The notes under the pieces are model-generated. The model made no database searches, was not told where the DNA came from, and worked only from the letters and a program-made list of their open reading frames with translations. From contig CP075495.1 in NCBI GenBank assembly GCA_021613535.1, positions 8,804,001 through 8,868,000 on the forward strand: 64,000 nt of DNA, given 5' to 3'. This document shows positions 56,301 to 64,000 of the stretch, one piece after another. The position numbers and the translations under genes were made by a program. The stretch comes from Adineta vaga (taxonomy: Eukaryota; Animalia; Rotifera). The first letter of the stretch is position 1. The number at the start of each line of letters is the position of its first letter.

Positions 56301-59300
56301 TCATAGATTCATTGTTTTAATGAAAAAGACGTTTAACCTTTCTCTATGAGTGACATACATTTGATTTAATCGATTTGATTTAATGGATGTATGTGATAGG
56401 CGATATTTAAGAGAATCAATCAAATATAAAATGACATGGTGACACCCTTTATTTTATACACACACATATATATACATATATATATATTTTATCCGAGAAT
56501 GAACAAGTCATTCCAAAAGCAAATGACAAGTTTAATCAAATCGATTAGACTTTTTTTTTCATTTCGAACAATGAAGGTCTTTTCTTTATGTGTATGCATG
56601 TTCCATGTTCAGTTATTCGTGCATGTCAATGACGAAAAGAAAATTGTCTCTGTACATAGATTAAAATATAGTTCTTTTATATTAAATAAATGTCAAGTTG
56701 ATTTTATATTCGAATCTAACGACATTGTATCATGACATTTATATTGATAATCTTTTTTTTTCTTCTTTAGTTTTGTTCATAAATTTTATTTACGAAAAAG
56801 TTCGACAAATTCAGAGACAAAACAATATGACTGTCAATGTGTTAATAGTCTTAATTTGGAGACAGTAAGATATATTCAAATGAGTTCTGTTGATACTATT
56901 CCATTAAATTCTTTAGCGAAAATCAATAGTAAAAATGAAAGTAGTCGCCTTTTCTCTTCAACGTATTATTACATTGAGTGATAATGTAATTCAAGTACTT
57001 AATAGCATTAATTTACAAGTAGGAAATATTTGCTTTTTTTTCATTTGAAGTTTTAGTTAGCGAAGTTTATATGATTTAAGATTATACAGAATATTAAATT
57101 GAAAAATATTATTACATTTGCAATATCCAATCAATCTACTCAAGGAGCATCTGTTGATGTAAGACTTTTTGCAGAGAATATTAAAAAAATCTATGTAAAT
57201 CTATTGAATTAGATGTGTACATCAACAAAACGTCATAAATTACAAATCTATCGACTTGATCGAACAAATATTAATTTAAAACAAGAAATATCTGTTCCTG
57301 ATTTATTAATATCTCTAGTATATTTTCCGTGAAAGAAATCGTTTTATATTGCTGAAATGAAATCGTTTTAGGCAATGGATGAATATGGGATTTTAGCATG
57401 TTCAGAAACAAATTACTATGGATATATTCATCCGACAAATAATGAACGACGATCGGCAAATTCTCTACATACTATATTTACATTGCAGGATACTAGTATA
57501 CCAGCTTGTTTTACGACTATTTCATCGGTATGTATGATTAGTCTTCGTATAGAATATGGATAGTCCTATGAATCTTTCTAGGGTGAATATCTTCTCAATG
57601 GTCCTAATATTGGCATTACAACAACATTAAAAGGTACGAGTCAACGTGCACCAATGATGTTTAATAATCAACCAAATAGTTTTACTTATTCACATCCATA
57701 TCTTCTTGTACTTATCAATGATTATCTTCAAATTTATAGGTATACTCATTTTTTTTTCTTTGTTGATTAATATGAATCTTTTCTTTTCTTTTCTTTTCTT
57801 TTGTATAGCTATTTAGATGATCAATTAAAACAAGAAATTCCATTGAAAAATTGTCGAACTGTAATAAACATTTCTGACGAAAATCGAAATCGAATTATAA
57901 TCAATAATAAAGATAATATTTATCTTATTGAATCGCTTGATATCGAAGAACAAATTGATCAATTATTAGATTCTTATCGATTACAAGAAGCATTGACATT
58001 AGCTGAAAGTACTTGTTCATCTGTTGATAATCATCAAACGAATTCATTGATATTATCAACAAAAACACGTATTGGTCTGATTGAATTTAGTGCAATGAAT
58101 GTCATTCGAGCATTATCTTTATTCGATGCTGTACATCTAGATTTTCATGAAATAATGATTAATATTCCGAATTTTTTACCATTGAAATCTTCATGGCCAG
58201 ATTTCGATGAAAATAATCAAAGTCAATTTATTCAATGGTTAACCGCCTTTTGTGATTATATGACAAAACGATCAGGAGAATTTTCTAGTCAACCTGTAAG
58301 CTAATAAAAAGATGAATCTTATTATGAAATGAAAGTTTCTTTCTTTTTTCAAGGATTATTATTCATCATTATTAAAAGCGTATTTAATCATCAAATCTCG
58401 TGAAATGATTATTGAATTTCTGGAAACATACGCTGCACATATTCCATTAGATTTTGATCATTTACTTTTCAATGCAGGTTTTTATCATGGTGCAGCAATA
58501 CTCTATTCTGCACATGATAAGCATGAACAAACGATTGAAATATGGAAAAAGTAATGCAGTTCTTTACTTGAATAGTTACTTCTTTTTGATATCTGAAATA
58601 TTTTCGTTTAGTGTAGAATTGTACTGAAGGAATATTCTTATGATGATACATTTCCAGGTATATGGATCATTGCACAATATATTCTTGAAAGAAATATTGA
58701 TCGTACAATTGAATTTTCGATTGCAAAATGGTTACTTGAACGAAATGAAGAAGAACTAGCGATTAAAGTAAAAAGACAGAAGATTGAATAATGATTTTCC
58801 TTGGGAATTAACAAGAACATTTGTTTTTTTAGATTTTTATTGCGAAACATGAAAATGAAATGAATTCTGATAAGTTTTGTTCCGATCGAGTAATTAATCT
58901 ATTAAAAGCCTATCCAACGGCTTTGAGAAGTTATCTTGAACAAGCAGCATTTAAATTAATGATCGAAGTAAGTGAATTAATTAAATTTCAATAGAATAGA
59001 CTTGAGAAAGATAAATAATCTCTAAATGATTATATTTTTCTTCTATATAGACTGATGAAATTCATACAACATTAGTAAATATCTATCTTGATCAATTATT
59101 ATCGAAATCTCAAGATAATAATGAACATATACGGTTAGTTTACCTATATCTCCTTTGTTCTCGTTGAATATTTTCTTTTTAAGTGTAAAATTACAAGAAT
59201 TTCTTATTAAATCAAATTCCTATCGTATTCAATCCGTTCTTAATCGTGTTAATCAAACGAACAAATTAAAACGTGAAGTTGCTTTGCTCTATGGCAAAGT

Positions 59301-59950
59301 AGGATACTATTTGTTTTCTTTGTAAATATATTTATATATGTACAAATCTAATATTTAGATGAATAACTTCGATCAAGCATTTCAAATACTCGTTAATGAA
59401 CTTGAAGATTTTGAATATGCTGAAAATTATTGTATTGCTTTATCCTATGGTAAATCAAGTGACGATCGAAAAATTGTCGCTCATGTTTTATTTAAAATTT
59501 TTCTTGCATCATTAGATAAGTAAGTTTGATTTCATAGAGTTGAGTAAAATCGAATTTTCTCTTGATTGATTTTCTTTCTCTAGACATCCGAAACAAATTA
59601 CAGATGTGCTTCTTCGTCTTCTTTGTAATAATGAAATTGAATTTGATTTTCTTGAAGTTTTAAAACGTTTACCATCACATTGGTCAATATCATCTATAAC
59701 TGATATTCTTATACGTGCAGTTCGTACATATTCTTATACACAACGTTCAACGAAACTTGAATTAGCTTTAAATCGTGTACAAAATGAAAAATTAAATATT
59801 AAATACACGAAACTAAAATGTACAAATATTACTGTTAATGAATATCGTCGATGTAAGCATTGTTTACATCAATTCTATGAAACATCATGTGTGGTATATC
59901 CCGATGGTAGTCAAGTTCATGTTCATTGTGCAAAACAATTGAATAATTGA
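53373..59950 (+). CDS. TGFBRAP1: TGFBRAP1/Vps3-Vps39 family CORVET subunit, multi-exon with a 3.1-kb intron
   Basis: CNH-like N-terminus DLYIGTTDG|FVHKFYL, EEQIDQLL...EALTLA, clathrin-repeat-like LEDFEYAENYC, VLKRLPSHWS, and a C-terminal zinc finger CKHC...YPDG...HVHC. Confidence 0.85.
55234..55692 (+). CDS. Nested intronless gene: 152-aa secreted or GPI-anchored six-Cys protein
   Basis: Signal-like FFSQFILLLTILKYSLS, six cysteines, Ser/Thr linker and hydrophobic C-terminus YLTVFFLFPLRILYF. It lies inside TGFBRAP1 intron 53644-56770. Confidence 0.7.
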   Translation: MLIRRTAKFFSQFILLLTILKYSLSETDEHDQTSNQLFNILGTLQPFRSQFCQFKFENCIQDSSYADQLDNDCNIYSRLRDCFRSLLDETQCLTIQLKRQYKKAKQNEYESCGIALSYESINSSIYTTSSSMKLNMNYLTVFFLFPLRILYF

Positions 59951-60435
59951 GAAGATGAAAAACAAAAACAAAAATTCCGATGGCATTTTGATTCTATTTT
60001 TAGAAGAAGAAAAAAGTGATTTTTTTTTATAAATGTTTTATTGTTAATTTATTTTTCGTGATTAAAGATATAAATGTGATTTTATACAATAAGAAAGAAA
60101 AACAAAAGGTTTTTCCGATGATTTCTATCATTGTGTAAAGTATCAAAAGAGAATACTGCCATCTGTACAGGAAGACTTGTCGCTGTATAACTATGAATGA
60201 TCCAGTAAATACCGCAAGGTTATTCGATGCGTTGAAGTGAGGTATCGCAAAACGAAATGATTATTTTTGATTACGTTACACTGTTTACTGTGATGAATAG
60301 AAAATATTTCATAATTTAACCGGTTGTTAGATTATGTTAACGTAGTATTATTGAATTAATTTGCAAAAAACACAGGTAAACTAAGGTTAATATGTACATT
60401 TGTCATGTAAGAAATTTCCTTCTTTTGAATAGATC

Positions 60436-62125
60436 ATGAAACAAACCGGAGTTCAAGATGTTAGTCGACAACTACAGTCTGCTGTATTTTCGCAGGATTG
60501 GCAACAAAATTAATTTGTCTTTTTTGTATTATCGGATACTTCCTTTCCTATAGTTCTCAATGTGTTCGTATTCTTGCTGTTATTCCAGGTCGTGTTATGC
60601 CACCGAATTTTTGGATCTGGTTTGTTGAATTTCTATTAGAATTAAAATCTTTCTATTAATCAAAATTCTATTTAGGACCTTTATAACTCATAGTTTTATA
60701 GAATTACATATTTGGCATACAATAATTGATGTCATTGTCGTATTTCTCTATTCGAAAATGATCGAACCATTGTGGGGTACAAAAGAACTTTTAAAATTTT
60801 ATTTTATTGTTACCATTCCAAATGCATTATTTGCTACATGTATTTATTTTCTTTTCTATGGTCTTACATTTAAAGAAGAATATCTATTTGAAAGGCCAAT
60901 TTATGGTTTAGCTGCATTTATCGGTGCTTATTCAGTCGTTATTAAACAAATCATGCCGGATACTGTTTTAGCAACAACACCGTTTTTCAAACTTAAACAA
61001 GATCACGTACCTTTATTAATTGTACTTGTATCAATTGGACTTTGGCTTGCTCGAGCTGTTCCAATACATTTTTTAATTATGTTAAGTTTTGGAATTGTTA
61101 TTAGTTGGACATATTTAAGGTAAGATTTGTTTAAATCTTCTTTTGCATAACTATTCAACAATGAAAAATATATTGAATTCTTCTATGTAGATTTTTTCAA
61201 AATCATCAAAACGGAACTAAAGGTGATATGTCAGCAACATTTTCATTTGCAAGGTAGATACGAATTGCTTCTACTTGTCAGATGTCTCAAAAACTATTTT
61301 CTCTATGTCTAGTTTCTTTCCTTCGCCTATTGCACCAATTATAAGTGTGCTTGCTAATACAATTTTTGAGATTTTTGTTCAATTAAAATTATGTAAACCA
61401 TTTGTTAAAAAATACAATGCTGCTTCATCATCCAGTCTGACAATTACAATACCAGGTCCAGAAGCAGCTGATGCTGATAGACGAAGGTTAGTAAATTGAA
61501 TAAACACATACCAAACGAATTTTTTCTCGTAAAACTCGTGACTACTAATTCGAGGTACGGAAAGATTTTTTTCGATGCGTTAAAACGAACGAAGATTTGA
61601 ATCTAATGAATAGAGAGTATGAAATGAAAATTTCTTGGTAATTTGATCGTCGCATTTAGAATTAAAGTATTCTTTAGATGACAAAGAAGATTTTTTTTTT
61701 CTTCATCTCTTCTTGCCTATATACGATGGTATTACTTTGAAAGAATTTATCATTCAATTTACTATCTTTCATATATAAACTTCTAATTTATGTTGACGAT
61801 CGATTCTAATCTTCGAGTTCATGAAGGTTATCGGAGTACTTGAAGATGATGGCAATAATCTACTTGTTAAAATGTAACTTTTTATTTTAGACAAAAAGCA
61901 TTAAAAGCTTTAAATGATCGTATGAAAGCCAAAGAACCTGCCAATGAAGCTTGGCCTGATCTTGATGACTTACATCAAACTTCATTACTTCCTCAAACAG
62001 ATCAAACACAACATTCATCTGTCATTATTGATATGACCAATTCAGATGAATCGATATCGGGCACGAATAAAGATGATTTAAATCAACCATTCTTCGATAC
62101 TGAACAACAGCAATCATCCTCATGA
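60436..62125 (+). CDS. TMEM115: Transmembrane protein 115 (rhomboid-like Golgi protein); apparent 1-nt frameshift at ~60491
   Basis: LAVIPGRVMPPNFWIW|TFITHSFIE, MIEPLWGTKELLKF, IKQIMPD, SWTYLR|FFQ...KGDMS...FA|SFFP, DADRRR|QKALKALNDR. Confidence 0.9.
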
Positions 62126-63187
62126 TCAACAAGACATTAGTTTTCTCTGTTTCACGTTCACTCACAATAAGAAATAAACTCAATCTCATAAATATTTGAT
62201 TTCATTAATATTTTTTTCTGTATATTTTCTCTTTTTTTCTTTGCGAAAATTTCCATTGAATTTTGGAATTCATACATTTAATAATAGGATTTTACCATAA
62301 TATTTTAGATAATAGACATTTTTTTTTGCTCTTGTTGATCTAAACAATGAAAATATCTTTAAATTTATCTCTATTAGACGCTTAGTTCTTTGGAATGTGT
62401 TTTATTTGATTCTATAGATAAAGACAAAACTGCGCATTTCGATTATCTAATTAACTGATTCTATACATTGCATAGCATCACGTTCTTCTCATTCTTCGTG
62501 TTTCTTTTTTCTTAATTGAATTGAAATCGTAAGCAATAATGTAGTACCCCTTTATCGAAAGAAAAAACGATTAAGTTTTGTCTAGTCATTTCTAAATATA
62601 TATTTCTTGGTTTTTTTTTCAGTTTCTTATTTTATAATGCTCGTTTTGTCGTTAAATGATGACAGACAGAAAAGGAGAAGAAGAAGAAGATGAAAAGACA
62701 TATATCTGAGGGTATTACAAGAACAATTCTTCATCTTATATAGTACTACTCAGATTGGCTCGTTGTTCAAAGTTCATCAGACAGCATTAGAAGAAAAAAA
62801 AAGAAGAAAAAAGTTTTGAGAAAAAAAAAACGCTAAGAAGTACACATCCACTCACCATTCAGGTGGAAGAGAGAGAGGGAGAGAGAAAGATTGTACACAT
62901 TTTCCATTCGTTCTTTACCGTTCTTTCGTGCTATACCCTCTCTGTCTCTCTCTGTCTCTCTTTCTCTTCTTTCTCTCTTTCTCTCTCTCTCGCTCTACCA
63001 ATATATAGGAGAAGGGATCGAGCATGTAAGCGTTAATCATCACATTCACATTTCGTCGTCGACTGAACACACAGCGGTAAGTCAATGCGTACAATCATAA
63101 TGTTCATCAGACAATATTGTTGTTTCTGCTCACTAAATATCTTCAATATTTTTTTAGGTTAATTTTTTTTAAATATTTTTTACAATC

Positions 63188-64000
63188 ATGCCAAGTGCAT
63201 CGCTCATAAGTGATTTTCAACGTTCATCATCGAATTCATCCTTGTCATCATCACTTTTACTTGCAGCTTGCCAACAACAATATGATATCAACGATTTATC
63301 CTACTGTTTTGATCAACAACAAAAGCTATCTTCACCACCACCATCGTTATTATCTTCAACAACATATGATTCAATTGGAAAGAAAAGTCAAAATATGACT
63401 GAATGTGTCCCGGTGCCTAGTTCGGAACATGTTGCTGAAATTGTTGGTCGACAAGGTAAGAACGAAATGAATATATATATATATATATGATATATGAAAT
63501 CATGATTGTTTTGGTTTTTTTTATCTAGGTTGTAAAATCAAAGCATTACGTACTAAAACAAATACGTATATAAAAACTCCTGTTCGAGGTGATCAACCTG
63601 TTTTTATTATAACTGGTCGAAAAGAAGATGTATATCTAGCTAAAAAAGAAATTCTTTCAGCTGCTGAACATTTCTCTCAAATTCGTGCTGGTATTACCAT
63701 TATTTTCATTTGCTTCTATTGAAATCTAAATTTGATTTTTCTTTTTGTTCTAGCTCGAAAACAAAACAGTACGAGTATTTCATCCAATAGTAGTACAAGT
63801 AGTGGAAGTAATACAAATTTACATTATAATAGTTTAATCTATCCATCAAGCAATGTTCAACAAATAACAATTCAAGTTCGTGTACCATATCGTGTTGTTG
63901 GTCTAGTTGTTGGACCTAAAGGTGCAACGATTAAACGTATACAACAAACAACGAATACATATATTGTCACACCAGGTCGTGATAAAGAACCTGTATTTGA
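63188..64000 (+). CDS. MEX3: MEX-3 KH-domain RNA-binding protein, 3' end outside window
   Basis: [26 protein letters not shown]|[25 protein letters not shown]...[11 protein letters not shown] and [33 protein letters not shown]. Confidence 0.96.

Noticed and set aside
60140-60300. Slightly GC-richer intergenic stretch as a possible ncRNA or SL RNA
   Set aside because: No recognisable tRNA cloverleaf, snRNA or spliced-leader sequence.

Overview
Gene-dense, AT-rich eukaryotic (animal) DNA with many short (about 45-65 nt) GT-AG introns. This style, together with a bacterial-type gene, is most consistent with a bdelloid rotifer; that assignment is an inference. About 23 protein-coding genes can be reconstructed by hand: FoxG (5'-truncated), RPB7, UQCR11, a 46-aa membrane micro-ORF, a Pro/Gln-rich orphan, a TRMT2-like methyltransferase with degenerate catalytic motifs, a ~1,230-aa secreted Lys-rich precursor, katanin p60, CDO1, mitochondrial EF-Ts spliced in frame to a bacterial-type Uma2/DUF820 domain, RBBP5, ORC2, a 48-bp-repeat orphan, TMEM41A, a mastermind-like protein, DNAAF1, PLK1, HP1, GPN1, vigilin, TIMM29, TGFBRAP1 (with a same-strand nested gene), TMEM115 and MEX3 (3'-truncated). 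Most notable are (1) the EF-Ts::Uma2 chimera, in which the EF-Ts C-terminus is replaced by a probably horizontally acquired, probably inactive nuclease fold; (2) a secreted precursor with five R-x-L-L (site-1-protease-type) motifs that separate acidic spacers from cationic segments, plus six G-W-x-[YF]-R-Y-R motifs; (3) a mitochondrial TRMT2 pseudoenzyme; and (4) several candidate bi- or polycistronic arrangements. Two isolated 1-nt frameshifts suggest consensus errors, so structural oddities need checking against raw reads. No tRNA, rRNA, CRISPR array or intact transposon was recognised. Homology calls come from recalled family motifs, not from database searches.
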